Assembly: GCA_951406725.2 (NCBI GenBank)
Contig: OX597821.1
Span: 27,714,001-27,778,000, forward strand
DNA: 64,000 nucleotides
From: Octopus vulgaris
Taxonomy: Eukaryota
Reading direction: 5' to 3'
In this document: piece by piece, positions 40,593 through 54,601 of the stretch
How positions within the stretch are numbered: the stretch's first letter is position 1
How the letters are laid out: each line of letters begins with the position of its first letter
Program-made: the position numbers and the translations under genes
Notes under the pieces: generated by a model
Seen by the model: the letters and a program-made list of their open reading frames with translations, nothing else
The model's database searches: none
Told to the model about the DNA's origin: nothing

Positions 40593-40821
40593 TTCTTTAT
40601 TACCCACAAGGGGCTAAACACAGAGAGGACAAACAAAGACAGACAAACGGATTAAGTAGATTACATCGACTCCAGTGCGTAACTGGTACTTAATTTATCG
40701 ACCCCGAAAGGATGAAAGGCAAAGTCGACCTCGGCGGAATTTGAACTCAGAACGTAACGGCAGACGAAATACTGCTAAGCATTTCGCCCGGCGTGCTAAC
40801 GATTCTGCCAGCTCGCTGCCT
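40590..40821 (-). mobile_element. SINE family B, full length
   Basis: Closely similar to 9983-10212. Confidence 0.92.
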
Positions 40822-41454
40822 TATATGTATATACACATACATATAAACGTACAAACATACATACATACATACATACATACATACATACATACATACATAC
40901 ATACATACATACATACATACGTACATACATACATACATACATACATACATACATACATTATATATTCTCGAAAATTTTTCGTTAAAGTTACTTCACTAAT
41001 TGATATTTTGAAAAAAAAATTGTCTAGGTGTTTTCTTCGGATTATTTATTCTATAATGTTGTAAAATTAGAACATCATGCAATCAGTAAAATTCCGAAAG
41101 CTCGTATTCATATAACAAAATACAAGACGCATGAAGGAAAGCATAACACACACACACGCGCACATATACACACACACACACACCCACACGCACGCGCAGA
41201 CATACACACACACATACACAATATGCATACAAGTACATACTTGCGCATACAAACACACACACACTCACATTCACATATATCACGGAACAGACTCCAAAGA
41301 TGCTCATGTGATCTATATACACATGTATTCGTATACATATACAGTTATTTGGGTTATTTATTACCTATAGATTTTGACATATGGACATATATTGGTTAAA
41401 TTAATACACTACTGCATTGCGTCTCCAGCAGTTTTGATTTCTCTTTCCTTACTT

Positions 41455-41552
41455 GTAGGCATATATATATATAAGTACGTATGCCTGAATATATGCATGA
41501 ATGTGTACATACATACACACAAATATGTATACATATATCTGTATATATATAA

Positions 41553-41605
<53 letters not shown>

Positions 41606-41618
41606 CTATATATATGTG

Positions 41619-41683
<65 letters not shown>

Positions 41684-41705
41684 TGTATATATATGTGTGT
41701 ATATA

Positions 41706-41742
<37 letters not shown>

Positions 41743-41745
41743 TAT
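41455..41745. repeat. Degenerate (TA)n tract
   Basis: Direct reading. Confidence 0.9.
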
Positions 41746-41751
41746 TCATTT

Positions 41752-41990
41752 ATTCATTTACTTGTTTCAGTCATTTGACTGCGGCCATGCTAGAGCACCG
41801 CCTTTTCGTCGAGCAAATCGACCCCAGGACTTATTCTTTGTAAGCCCAGTACTTATTCTATCGGGCTCTTTTGCCGAACCGCTAAGTGACGGGGACGTAA
41901 ACACAGCAGCACCGGTTGTCAAGCAATGCTAGTGGGACAAACACAGACACACAAACATATACACACACACATATATATATACATATAATA
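41752..41990 (-). mobile_element. SINE family A, 3' half only, truncated at the internal TA/CA tract
   Basis: Matches 11210-11440. Confidence 0.88.
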
Positions 41991-42022
41991 TATATATGTA
42001 TATATATGTATATAACATATAT

Positions 42023-42055
<33 letters not shown>

Positions 42056-42576
42056 AATATATATGATATTCATACACATATGTACCCATTCAAATTTTCA
42101 TTCGTGCGTACAGAAGCATATGTGTGTATTAGAAGAGGTTGGCGAGTCATAGTTTTAAATTTGTTATTAATAATTTGCGATGTAATACAATACTTTTAGA
42201 ATATACAAGTGCTAGTGCGTGTGGTCATGTGCGTGAATATGTGTGTGAGTATATATTTGTCTGTGAATATGTATTTTTATAGTATGTATTTTAATTTGCA
42301 CTGCTGTTATACATTTGAAGCACATTCAAATTGGCTAAGGAGAAACACGGTTAGTCATTCCTAAATGTTTTTCATCGGAATATTTTTCTTACCATCAATA
42401 TATCCGATAAACTTTATTAACAATACGTAATGTGTTTAAAATATATTGAGATACACTTTTAATTTCCTTTCGAATTTTGATCTCTGTTGAATGTGTTCGC
42501 TTTTATTGAAGCTTTCCGTTCGTGACGTATTGATTAGCGCCCATATATATCTGTACATACATTCGCACATACAAAT

Positions 42577-42995
42577 ATCTCTTTTACTTTTTTACTCTTT
42601 TACTTGTTACAGTTATTTGACTGCAGCCATGCTGGAGCACCGCCTTTAGTCGAGCAAATCGACCCCAGGACTTATTCTTTGTAAGCCTAGTATTTATTCT
42701 ACCGGTCTCTTTTTGTCGAGCCACTAAGTTACGGAGACGTAAACACACCAACATCGGTTGCCAAGGGGTGTTGGGGGGACAAACACAGACACACAAACAC
42801 ACACACACACGCACACATATACATATATACGACGGACTCCTTTCAGTTTCCGTCTACCAAATCCACTCACAGGGCTTTAGTCGGCCTGAGGCTATAGTAC
42901 AAGACACTTGCCCAAAGTGCCACGCAGCGGGACTGAACCCGGATCCATGTAATTGGTAAGCAAGCTACTTACCACAGAGCCACTCCTTGCGCCTG
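42577..42995 (-). mobile_element. SINE family A, full length
   Basis: Matches 11188-11606. Confidence 0.92.
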
Positions 42996-43051
42996 TATGT
43001 AAACATAGTAACATATATATATGTAAATATAGTAACATACATGCACGCACA

Positions 43052-43742
43052 TACGAGGGAGTACGCAAAAGAAACTGGAATTGTGCAATATTATTTTATT
43101 CATATGGTTTTACATGTTTAAACTTTTATCGCCTACAAAGTACTTCCCATTTGAAGCAATGCATCGGTCCAGACGCGTTTTACACTCTTAGAAGCAATGC
43201 TGAAACTCTTGCGAAGTGATGCCATGTAACGCCTCGTCCTTATTGTCTACATCTCTTACACATCTGCAAATTGCGTAGCACAAGCTCCAGGACAAACCAG
43301 TCATAACAATATATTTGTCAATTGTTCGGTGACGGTCCTCCAAGATCAGTTCAGGAATTTTCATGATGATTTCATTCGTTCGGGAGGTCGACGGTTGCCC
43401 TGAACGTAGTCGTCGTCAGGCGACAAGTGGCCACTCCTAGAGTGTGAATACCATTCGTAAACATGTGCTTTACTCAGGCCAGCTTACTTCCTTGTAAGCT
43501 TTTTGAAGCATGACAAATGTTTCAACCGCTGATTTCCCCAGCAGAAAACAGAATTTCACGTAAAAATCGACGAACACTGAAAAGAAAGATGGACAACGTG
43601 CAGTATGACCGCACCGTACAACTCTGGTCAGAAGACCGATGCCTTAAGGTTAAATCAATTTTCTTTTAGCAGCGGAATCCTGAACTACAACGAGCTTGTC
43701 CCAGAGAGAACATTTCGGTTTACGTTTCTGTGACCCCTCGTA
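43052..43742 (-). mobile_element. Internally deleted mariner transposon with both TIRs and TA ends
   Basis: TACGAGGGAGTACGCAAAAGAAACTGGAAT at the left end and ..TTTCTGTGACCCCTCGTA at the right; reverse strand encodes VKFCFLLGKSAVETFVMLQKAY..RSGQPSTSRT..ILEDRHRTI, then LDRCIASNGKYFVGD. Confidence 0.88.
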
Positions 43743-43789
43743 TACATGGAAACCAGCATGCATAGCATTTATGCATATGTATTTTACAT

Positions 43790-44085
43790 TTTTACAGATT
43801 TAATTGCTTCAGCATGTACCTTAGGCACAGTCGGATATATTGATACACGTCCACATGTTCCAAAAGTCTACTGTTTATTCTTTATGTCTGCCGAAACACT
43901 AAGATCTTAGTTGTCAAGCGATGTAAACATAATCAACACAGAGACACACTCATGCACACAGATACGTAATGGTCTGCTTATAGAAACCATATATCAAATT
44001 CCTTCAGAACACATTAGTATGGCAAAGGGTTATAGTAGAATAGATTTGACATGGTGACAAGCAGTGGAGGTAAAAAGGAAACAGC
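43790..44085 (-). mobile_element. Very decayed SINE family A
   Basis: Residual motifs gccgaa, gttgtcaagcgatg, tatagtagaa, gcagtgg in the expected order. Confidence 0.45.
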
Positions 44086-44323
44086 ACTTTATACAGGAAA
44101 ATAGAAATATTTTAATGCTCTCATTTCATACGGAATGGCACATACATACAAATATACGTACATAAATACATATACATACATACATACCCATATATATCTA
44201 TATGTATCACCTTCCCCTCTGTCTTTCTCTTTATATATATATATATATATACATACATACATATATATATATGTGTGTGTGTGTGTGTATACATATGTAC
44301 ATGTATAATTATCTATCTATCTG

Positions 44324-44359
<36 letters not shown>

Positions 44360-44401
44360 AATGGACAGATGGCGCTGGGTATTTTACCCAGCGCATTAAC
44401 G

Positions 44402-44615
44402 ATTCAAAATGTGACCGCGGGTGTACCGTTGGCAATTCTTTTCCTCTGTCTTCCCTTTGGATCTTTCCTTCTGCTATGTATCCGACGAAGTGCTCCGCTC
44501 GAAACGTTAAACCCTCCTTCTTCCCATCCTTCCTGAGCGTCCAATAATACTATATTTGTTCCACGTCCTCGCATCATTGTGTTTTCTCTTTGTGTTTTCA
44601 TTTTTGGATTAACTA
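44402..44615 (+). mobile_element. Penelope-type pLTR unit with a degenerate hammerhead (about 44474-44514)
   Basis: CCGACGA-A-GTGC TCC GCTC-GAAA-CG-TT-AAAC; same boundaries as 31613-31826; ends in (TA)n. Confidence 0.78.
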
Positions 44616-44957
44616 TATATATATATATATATATACATACACACAAATATGCTCACATATATTTCTATCTGAATATTACGTGTAGGTAAGTTTGTTTATA
44701 GGTGTGCATTGAAAGCTTACTACAGTCATAGTATTTTAATATAGTCAGCTAGCTTGACAAATATATTAGTAGTTTATTTCCTAATAAACAGTTGAGAAAG
44801 AATATCCTTGTTTCCTTCATCCTATATACACATTTTAATATACAAAAATGTGGTCATATAAAAAAAAAATATTTGTAATTTAGTATGGAAAATGCAGGTT
44901 CTATACATTTCCCTTTTTCTGTGTGCATATTTTCGGTCTTGGCAATATTATAACTAA

Positions 44958-45135
44958 AGGAATTACGCTGGCAGAATCGTTAGTGCGCCGGGTAAAATAC
45001 CCAGCGCCATTTGACCGTCTTTTGTTCAAAATCCTGCTGAGGTCGATGTTGCCTTTCAGCCTTTCAATGTCGATAATGTAAGTAGCTGTTGCGTTCTGTT
45101 CCCTCCAAAACTGCTAACATTGTTCCAAAATTTGA
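44958..45135 (+). mobile_element. SINE family B, decayed
   Basis: gctggcagaatcgttag..gaggtcgatgttgcctttca. Confidence 0.7.
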
Positions 45136-45496
45136 AAGTAATATGTATCTTTCCTGATTCTTTCGCCAGGATCTAAATAATATTTGATGTTTCGATTTGT
45201 CAAACACAAGCCTTCTTCGAGTACATATTTCTTTTGATGCAATACCGATGAAGTAAAGAGTTTTGTAGTTACCTCTCACTCTATCCGCTACTTGATCTAA
45301 AGTTGATTCATATTAAAAAAATGTAATCAAAATTTTGTGAGGCTTTCTACTTTGCATCTATATAACACAGAGCAAGAGTCATATGAGTTTAATTTCAACT
45401 TTGCTTCAATACTTGAGGAATATATCTGTGAAGCTTCTTCGATATTCTAATGGAGGGCAAACGTGATAAAGCTATCTAATATTTAGCGCTTAGTGA

Positions 45497-45705
45497 AGAC
45501 GGTGATCTGGGAGAAATGTTAGCAAGCTGGGAAAAATGCTTACTGGTATTCGTCAGTGTGTACGTTCTGATTTCAAATCCCGCCGTGGTCGACTTTGTCT
45601 TTCATCTTTCGGAATCGATAAAAATAATAACCACTTGAGTGATGTAATCGACTTAACCAATCCCCCGAATTTGCTGGCCTTTTGCCACAAATTTGAAATC
45701 AATGT
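45497..45705 (+). mobile_element. SINE family B, decayed
   Basis: aaatgttagc..ttcaaatcccgccgtggtcgactttgtctttcatc..gatgtaatcgactt. Confidence 0.75.
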
Positions 45706-46499
45706 TTAGTTTTTTTCAAACTCTCCAACTCTCCAACTCTGAACCTTTCGAAAATGGTCTAGAAATGTCCCTAACAACCGCCAAACCATGTTTGCCATAA
45801 ACTTCAACTGCATGTCTCCCCTCTTCACTATACAACACTTGAAAGACTTGTAAACATAATTTCGTTAATGATTGTCTGTGTAAATGATCGGTGGACATAG
45901 CGACTAGTTCTTTTTACAACATCATGTCCTATTCTCCACTCATAATAAAACTGATGAAATTTTTTATCATCCTCCATTTCATGCCCAAACAACAAGAGTT
46001 AAGGAGGGCAGCAAAATTATTTAAATTCATAAGAAGTAAATATTTACTCAGCATTATTTTCTTATTTTCTTACATGATGCATGAAAATTGTTATGTATAC
46101 TGAGTATTTGATAAATTATTAAACGGCAACTGGTTTTGGAAAGCGTGTCGGTTTTTCGTTCTTCTATAGAGTTAGAAAAATACCTGGAGATTGAGTGATT
46201 AATGTTGGCTTTTTCATGAAAACCCTTGTTGGCCGAATGGACTCTCTCCTCCGAAAATAGTAAACGTCGATCAATCAATTGAGAGAGAGAGAGAGAGAGA
46301 GTCATAAAGAGAGAAAAAAAGAGAGAGACTTATATACAAATATTTACACCACACACACACAAAGGCTTATAAATTATGTGTATACTCCCTGGAGGTGCTC
46401 AATTCGTATTCACTGGCGGTGCTGTAACATGGCCACAGCCTGAGGGATCAAACATATATACATACATATATAAAAATATATATAAATATATATATATAC

Positions 46500-46596
<97 letters not shown>

Positions 46597-47002
46597 GAAT
46601 AACAAAACAAGGAATGGAATAAGAACGTAACAGGCGACAGGAAAAACAAGTACGGGTCATTTGGAACTTTCAACCTTCAGTCGAGTACCAGATCGTCTTT
46701 GCAGTTTCGGTTTGTCAATCTTCAGACTATCCTAATCTGGCCGACCCCAAGAAAATTTAAGTTAAGTGTACTAGATTCTTTGGTAGAAAGCAAACGAATG
46801 TGTACGAAAACAAGGACAAAAATAAAACAGAGAAATGGTACACTATTACAAATACAAACGACGGGGCATTAATAGGACGAAATAAATTAAGCTAGTGTGT
46901 GGAAGTGATGCCTTACTGCAGGAACATTGAAGATGAAAGTCATGGGAAGGAATATCAGAAATGTTACATGTATGGTAGTCGTACCATTCTTGTAGTCCTT
47001 TA

Positions 47003-47390
47003 CATGGCAGAAACGTTTGCACGCCGGGCGAAATGCTTAGCGGTATTTCGCCTGCCGTTACGTTCTGAGTTCAAATTCCACCGAAGTCCACTGTGCCTTT
47101 CATCCTTTCAGGGTCGATTAAATAAGTACCAGTTATGCACTGGGTCGATATAATCGACTTAATCCGCTTGTCTGTCCTTGTTTGTCTCCTCTACGTTTAG
47201 CCCCTTGTGGGCAATAAAGAAATAGGTATTTCGTCTGCCGTTACGTTCTAAGTTCAAATTCCGCTGAGGATGACATTGCCTTTCATCCTTGCGGGGTCGA
47301 TTAAATAAGTACCAGTTACACATTTGGGTCGATGTAACCTATTTAATTCCTTTGTCTGTCCTTCTTTTTCCCCTCTATGTTTAGCTTCCA
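47003..47390 (+). mobile_element. Tandem pair of SINE family B copies, the second 5'-truncated
   Basis: 47003-47224 ends ..aataaagaaata and is followed directly by ggtatttcgtctgccg.. repeating the body. Confidence 0.88.
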
Positions 47391-48756
47391 GTGCGCCATA
47401 ATGAAATAACTAGTTATCTTCTCACACTCGTCTTTGTCATACAAATTCAGGAAACCGGCCACTTGCAAACTATGCACGCTTCTATTCATCTACGTACATT
47501 TTCCTTGACCAAGATCGTTCTCAACGTGTATTTTTGTCAAAATTTTACATGTGAGTCTGTGGCTAAGAAGACAGTGATATACACTTGAAACTTAATTCGA
47601 CAAAATCACTTTGCATATCTCTCCGTTGCTTTCAAAGCGAGTATCTGTCCATACTTTTCTTATACTAGCGTATTATATAATTAGTATTCTGAATTCCTTT
47701 CTCTGAATTTGTCTGCTATTCGCATTCAGTGTATATATAGAACAACGCTTGAAGTTTACCTACCGTGTCTATACCAGAAGTAAATATTTAAAACTGTGTA
47801 TTTATCGTGAAGTAACCAGTACCACACTCCGTCGATATATTTATATGAATTCCTGAAAATGATGCCTTAGAAAATATTCGTTTTGATTATTTATAATCAT
47901 TTGGCAAGAATGATCAAACTCTGATTGCATATGTAAAACGTCTGTCTCTGATTTTAAGAGTGAAAGTTTATAATGTCAATGATAGACTCCCATAGAAATG
48001 AAACACATATCTGTAACTATGTTATGTATTCAAAATATGTTTTCCTTTCCATTTTGTTATATTCTTGAGTATTATCTATAACACATTGAAATATTTTCAC
48101 TCCATGTTCGATCTAATAATCGCCGACAGAGTTTTTTACTGTCTTTGAAAAGGAAAATTATCAGGCACATGGTTGGGTAAATGTACTCCGTCATCTTTGA
48201 TTTGTAAGAGTATCGGTTGTTCAAATTTTTATACAAACATAACTGTCAACGGTCGCTCCAAAACAAAAGATAAAAAATGAGAGAACGGAACCTATGTAAA
48301 GATTGTGAAGACTCTGTACGAATTGTAATATGTATTAGTTCGATACAGTTTGTTTCTAATAAACAAAAGCGACAGGCAATGAGATGCAAACATTCAGTGA
48401 GAGATACACATATTATACAATAGCCATCACGACATCTATACAGAAAATTAGTTTTACTGAAACAGCCCAAGTCTAAAATCCAAGATGGTTATGCAATAAC
48501 TATATAATGTCTATTGAAATCAAAGAAACAGAACAGAGCATTCACACATGTCATGTTTATTAGGCTGAAGTAAATGCCAATTCATATCCGAGTCACATAT
48601 GTATTCATAAAATATTTCTAAAAGCGTATAAGTACAGTAATCGCCAAGTTGTATGTTAAAACGTAAACATCGCTGGCGCAGATTTTAACACGCACCAACT
48701 TGCAATGGACTAACACAAAATTTATAAAGCCTATACATGTATATATACGTACATAC

Positions 48757-48830
<74 letters not shown>

Positions 48831-49299
48831 GTGCGTGATATGTGTGCGTGCGTATGTGTGTGTACGTAGATATAACATGCATAGATACTTGCATGCATTC
48901 CGTTCACATACACATATACTGATATATATGTATAGACGGAACGATAATGATGTACACGATTGCTATGAAATTAATGGTTATTCTTAGACACCATTTCTGC
49001 TTATAGTAGAAAATTAAAGACAGAGGTGGGCTTATTATTTTCTTTATTAACATTAATCTGACAGTTCGATAATTAACAGAAAAATATCCAATCCTAAACA
49101 TCTCCATATATGACAGATTTAATCAACAAAAATTAAAGCTGCTTGTCTGGCTAGAGTGCGACCGATTAATTTCGCCGTCAAGCTATCAAACAGTGCACCA
49201 GCTAATGTAGAAAACCGCTACACGATGATTGCATTAATGACTGACTGAAAATAATAGCAATTTCTAATATTCTTGAACGCCTGTCATAACCATTATTTT

Positions 49300-49750
49300 A
49301 ATGAGCAGTATAAGAAGAAGGAAGGGCGGAGGAGGTGGAGGAGGAGAAGGAGGTGGATGAGTGAATGATGATGATGATGATAATGATGATGATGACGACA
49401 GAGATGAATGTGATGATCGTAGTACGGATGATTATAGAAGCTAATGAAAAACACTTAATAAATAGTCTTGCAACCACTGACGGTAACCCTACCGCTAGTG
49501 CTCCTACTCCTACTCCTACTACTGCTACTACTATAACTCCTACTTCTCCTCCTACTACTACTATTACTACTGCTGCTGCTGCTACTACTATCACTACTAC
49601 TACTATTACTACCACCACCACTACTACTACTACTAACACTACTAGTACCATCACCATCACCACCACCACCACCAACAACACTACAATTACTACTACTACT
49701 ACTACTACTACTACTATTTCTATAAACGTCTCTACATTATTATTATTATT
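49300..49750. repeat. Compound triplet low-complexity tract (GGA/TGA/CTA/CCA/TTA)
   Basis: Direct reading. Confidence 0.9.
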
Positions 49751-49751
49751 T

Positions 49752-50220
49752 TCATTGAGTGAAATAGCAGTGCATGCTATCAAAGTGACTCTGGGGTACA
49801 AAGATACGAAGTTCAATATACCCATCATGTCTACACGGCTGATAAGGGTACACGAGGTACATACATCACAACCATCTGTGCGCGACATGAAGGTCTCATA
49901 TCAAGGTAAACAGCGCATGAACTTGCAGGTGGGGCCCAGTTAGAATTTTCTTCGGGTTGGGTAGACCATCCTACTCAAACGATCCTTGAATAAGGTTTGT
50001 TTTAAGGATGCTGACAAGACACCAATATTTCCAGAAATGAATTATTAAAACTCCAAATAATTCCTCTCAACCCATGGCTACCGTGCTTCCCACTACTTTT
50101 GCTGGTGGTCAGAGATGCACATATCGTCAGCCAATAAGAGACATGCTAAACTGGTTAAGTTAAAACAAAACTGACAAGCAGATATGTGGTACTGAGCAGA
50201 CAATTTGATGCAGCCCTTGT
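49752..50220 (-). mobile_element. 3' end of another probable RLE-type non-LTR element
   Basis: Reverse strand LADDMCISDHQQK*W resembles an RLE endonuclease end; terminates in (TAA)n; short second copy at 53338-53430. Confidence 0.5.
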
Positions 50221-50249
50221 ATTGCATCAGGGTATTTCTTATTATTATT

Positions 50250-51843
50250 AGTATTCAGTAGTTTTACTTTTATAGCGTGCTTTCACTTCACTACCGAGCA
50301 CAGCTCTGTGTGCCTTGGGTATGTGCTGTGATTTGTTGTGATGCTCTGATGGTTATTGTATGGAAAGTGTTCTGCGTAGGATGTGTGCAGTGCCTAGTAG
50401 TGCAATTTTCTGTATGTTATATGTGTTTGTAAGTCCTGGTGTTTTTGTTATGTATTTGTCTGAATATTTTTTTATCATGCCTAATGCACCTACTATGATA
50501 GGAATTGTTTCTGTTTTCAGATTCCACATTCTAGTTACCTCTATTTCCAGGTCTTTGTATTTTGAGAATTTCTCCATTTCTTTTAGAGACACGTTGTCAT
50601 CAGCCGGTATTGATACATCAATTAGAAAGCATTTTTTTTCTTCATGATCTCTGACAACTATATCTGGTCTGTTGGCCTTAATTTCTATATCTGTGTGTAT
50701 CGGCATATCCAGAGTATGGTTGCTTTCTCGTTTTCTGTGACCTTTTCTGGTGTGTGCCTATACCATCTTTTTTCTGTTGTTATTCCAAAATGTTGGCATA
50801 GCTTCCAATGTATGTAGGTTCCAACTCTGTCATGTCTGTGAATATATTCCTTCTTAGCCAAGACTGGGCAGCTAGAGGTAATATGATTTATTGTTTCTTG
50901 TCCATCTCCACATATTCTGCAGTTACTTGTAATATTTCTTTTCATTACATGTTTTTGGTAATTTCTGGTGGGGAGGCTTTGGTCTTGTGCTGCAATTAAA
51001 AATCCCTCTGTCTCTGCTTTGAGTCCTGAGCTGCTTCTTCTTCTTCTTCTTCTTCTTCTTCTTCTTCTTCTTCTTCTTCTTCATCTTCTTCTTCTTCTTC
51101 TTCTTCTTCTTCTTCTTCTTCTTCTTCTTCTTCTTCTTCTTCTTCTTCTTCTTCTTCTTCTTCTTCTTCATGTTTATTAGGTGGTATGATTTCTTGTCTG
51201 TATTTGTCAGCTTCCTTAAATATTGAGAACAGTTTTTTTTTTGCTCTTGTTTTGCCGCTATTTGGATCAGTTTTCCTTCCTTCTGAAGTAGATATTTTTG
51301 CAGTCCTATGGTGGTTATTTTATAGTAGTTTTCCAGCTGTATAAGGCCTCTACCACCTTCTATACATTGTATATATAGTCTTTCTATGTCAGATTTTGGG
51401 TGATGCATCCTAGATCCTGTCATTATTTTTCTTGTTTTCCTATCTATTTTGGTCAGTTCATTTCGTGTCCAGTTAAGGATATTGTAGCTGTAACTTATAA
51501 CTGGGACAGCTAAAGTGTTGATACCTATTATCTTGTTTTTAGCATTGAGCTCTGTGTTTAGTATTGATCTAAATCGTCTATAATATTCTTTTTTTATTTT
51601 CTCTTTCATTTGTGTGTGTTGTGTCTTATCTAGTTCATGGATTCCTAAGTATTTGTAAGTTTGGCTTTGGTCTAATTCTTTTATTTCATTGGTTTTATCT
51701 AGTGTGATGTTGTTACTCTTAACTAGTTTTCCTCTTTTCATGGTTACTTTGGCGCATTTTTCTAATCCAAATTTCATATCTATTTCTTTGGTAAATCCAT
51801 GAACTGTCTTTAATAGTGTTTCCAGCTGTTTGTCATTTGCAGC

Positions 51844-51847
<4 letters not shown>
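50250..51847 (-). mobile_element. R4/Dong family C, 5'-truncated at RT (1.6 kb)
   Basis: ORFs 50923-51777 MKFGLEKCAK..YKYLGI..GGRGL, 50685-50945 CRICGDGQETINHITSSC..RHD, 50353-50706 NRPDIVV..LIDVSIP. Confidence 0.95.
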
Positions 51848-51922
<75 letters not shown>

Positions 51923-51929
<7 letters not shown>

Positions 51930-52785
51930 TAGTTTTATTTTTATAGCGTTCTTTCACTTCACTACCGAGCGCAGCTCTGTGTGTCTTGGGTATGTGCTGT
52001 GGTTTGTTGTGATGCTCTGATGGTTATTGTATGGAAAGTGTTCTGCGTAGGATTTGTGCAGTGCCTAGAAGTGCAATTTTCTGTATGTTATATGTATTTG
52101 TAAGTCCTGGTCTTTTTGTTATGTATTTGTCTGAATAATTTTTTTATCATGCCTAATGCACCTATAATGATAGGAATTGTTTCTGTTTTTAGATTCCACA
52201 TTCTGTTTACCTCTATTTCCAGGTCTTTGTATTTTGAAAGTTTCTCCTTTTTTTTTTAGAGAAACGTTGTCATCTGCTGGTATTGATACATCAATTAGAA
52301 AGCATTTTTTTCTTCATGATCTCAGACAACTATATCTGGTCTGTTGGCCTTAATTTCTCTATCTGTGTGTATTGGCATATCCCAGAGTATGGTTGCTTTC
52401 ACGTTTCCTGTGACCTTTTCTGGTGTGTGCCTATACCATCTTTTTTCTGTTGTTATTCCATAATGTTGGCATAGTTTCCAGTGTATATAGGTCCCAACGC
52501 TGTCGTGTCTGTGAATATATTCCTTCTTAGCCAGGACTGGGCAGCCAGAGATAATATGATTTATTGTTTCTTGTCTATCTCCACATATTCTGCAGTTACT
52601 TGTTATATTTCATTTCATTACATGTTTTTGGTAATTTCTGGTGAGGAGGCTTTGGTCTTGTGCTGCAATTAAAAATCCCTCTGTCTCTGCTTTGAGTCCT
52701 GAGCTTCTCAACAATTGTTGGGATTTTTCTTTGTCTATTTGTTTTGCATGTAGTTTAGTCCAGTATTTGCCATGAAGGGGCTTAT
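51923..52785 (-). mobile_element. R4/Dong family C, 3' 0.86 kb
   Basis: Closely similar to 50250-51030; bounded by (TTA)n on both sides. Confidence 0.95.
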
Positions 52786-52793
52786 TATTATTA

Positions 52794-52889
<96 letters not shown>

Positions 52890-52892
<3 letters not shown>

Positions 52893-53270
52893 CGTAGTTT
52901 TATTTTTATAGCGTGCTTTCACTTCACTACCGAGCGCAGCTCTGTGTGCCTTGGATACGTGCTGTGTTTTGTTGTGATTCTCTGATGGTTACTGTATTGA
53001 AAGTGTCCTACATAGGATGTGTGCAATACCTAGTAGTGCAATTTTCTGTATGTTATATGTGCTTGTAAGTCCTGGTGTTTTTGTTATGTATTTTTTCTGA
53101 ATATTTTTTATCATGCCTAATGCACCTACTATGATAGGAATTGTTTCTGTTTTTAGATTCCACATTCAAGTTACCTCTATTTCCAAATGTTTTTCTTTTT
53201 AAAGTTTCTCAATTTCTTTTAAAGAAAGGTTGTCATCTGCTGGTATTGATACATCAATTAGAAAGCATAC
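52890..53270 (-). mobile_element. R4/Dong family C, 3' 0.38 kb
   Basis: Same 3' UTR; bounded by (TTA)n. Confidence 0.93.
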
Positions 53271-53340
<70 letters not shown>

Positions 53341-53467
53341 GAGTGCGAGAGCAGTGCATGCTATCAAAATGACACTGGAGTAAAATATACAAAGTCCAGT
53401 ATACCCATAATGACTAACCGTCTGATAAGTGTATTATCATTATCTTTATTATTATAATTATTATTAG

Positions 53468-53680
53468 ATGGGGACCTCGCAGAATCGTTAGTACGCTAGA
53501 TGAAATGCTTCGTGATATTTCGCCCGTACTGTGCTCAAATTCCATCGAGGTCGACTTTGTCTTTCACCCATTTTTGGGGGTCTATAAATTAAATACCTGT
53601 GGAACACTGGGCTCGATGTAATCGATTAGTACCCTCCTCCACAATTTCAGGCATTGTACCTATAGCAGAAATTAGTAAAG
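53468..53680 (+). mobile_element. SINE family B, decayed
   Basis: gcagaatcgttag..caaattccatcgaggtcgactttgtctttca. Confidence 0.75.
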
Positions 53681-53717
53681 ATTAACATCGTTATTGTTGT
53701 TGTTGTTATTATTATTA

Positions 53718-53760
<43 letters not shown>

Positions 53761-53765
53761 CATCA

Positions 53766-53849
<84 letters not shown>

Positions 53850-54180
53850 GTATGTTTTTTCCTTCTTTCTTCAAATTTTCTTCCGTTTCTTGCCGAGTGT
53901 TTTCCATACACCTAGGCCAGAGAAGCTCATCGTATGCATTCCCAGATTGCACGCGCAAATTCACAGATAAAATATGGATTTAAAAATTGATAAGTAAATA
54001 AATTTATGGATGGATGTTGTTTTCACGGCGATAATGCTCTTCTCAGTGCCGTTCCAGTAAATACGATCGTTTGCACTTCCTGTAGGAATGATAAGCCTGG
54101 AATAATTTTCAAATAGGTTTCAGTACATTTTTATTATCATTCCTAGAGATCCTACAATCCCTGGTACTGTAGTCGCCTTA
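53850..54180 (-). mobile_element. R4/Dong 3' end related to the 21360 family
   Basis: ttcaaattttcttccgtttcttgccgagtgt..cctagg matches 21370-21440; bounded by (TTA)n. Confidence 0.8.
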
Positions 54181-54190
54181 TTATTATTGA

Positions 54191-54262
<72 letters not shown>

Positions 54263-54282
54263 CATTATTATTATTATTATCA

Positions 54283-54534
54283 TTCAATAGTTTTATTTTT
54301 ATAGCATGCTTTCACTTCACTACCGAACGCAACTCTGTGTGCCTTAGGTATGTGCTGTGATTTGTTGTGATGCTCTGATGGTTATTGTATGGAAAGTGTT
54401 CTGCGTAGGATGTGTGCAGTGCCTAGTAGTGCAATTTTCTGTATGTTATATGTGTTTGTAAGTCCTGGTGTTTTTGTTATGTATTTGTCTGAATATTATT
54501 TTATCATGCCTAAAGCGCCTACTATGATAGGAAC

Positions 54535-54536
<2 letters not shown>
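54283..54536 (-). mobile_element. R4/Dong family C, 3' 0.25 kb
   Basis: Same 3' UTR; bounded by (TTA)n. Confidence 0.93.

Positions 54537-54601
<65 letters not shown>

Noticed and set aside
46690-46732. Minus-strand CTGAAGA..CGAAAC hammerhead-like motif
   Set aside because: No stem II pairing and no stem III or UH; it may be a degenerate pLTR but cannot be supported as a ribozyme
49298-49943. Thr-rich mucin-like and Val-rich ORFs of about 190 aa
   Set aside because: They are translations of triplet microsatellites running into a retroelement 3' end
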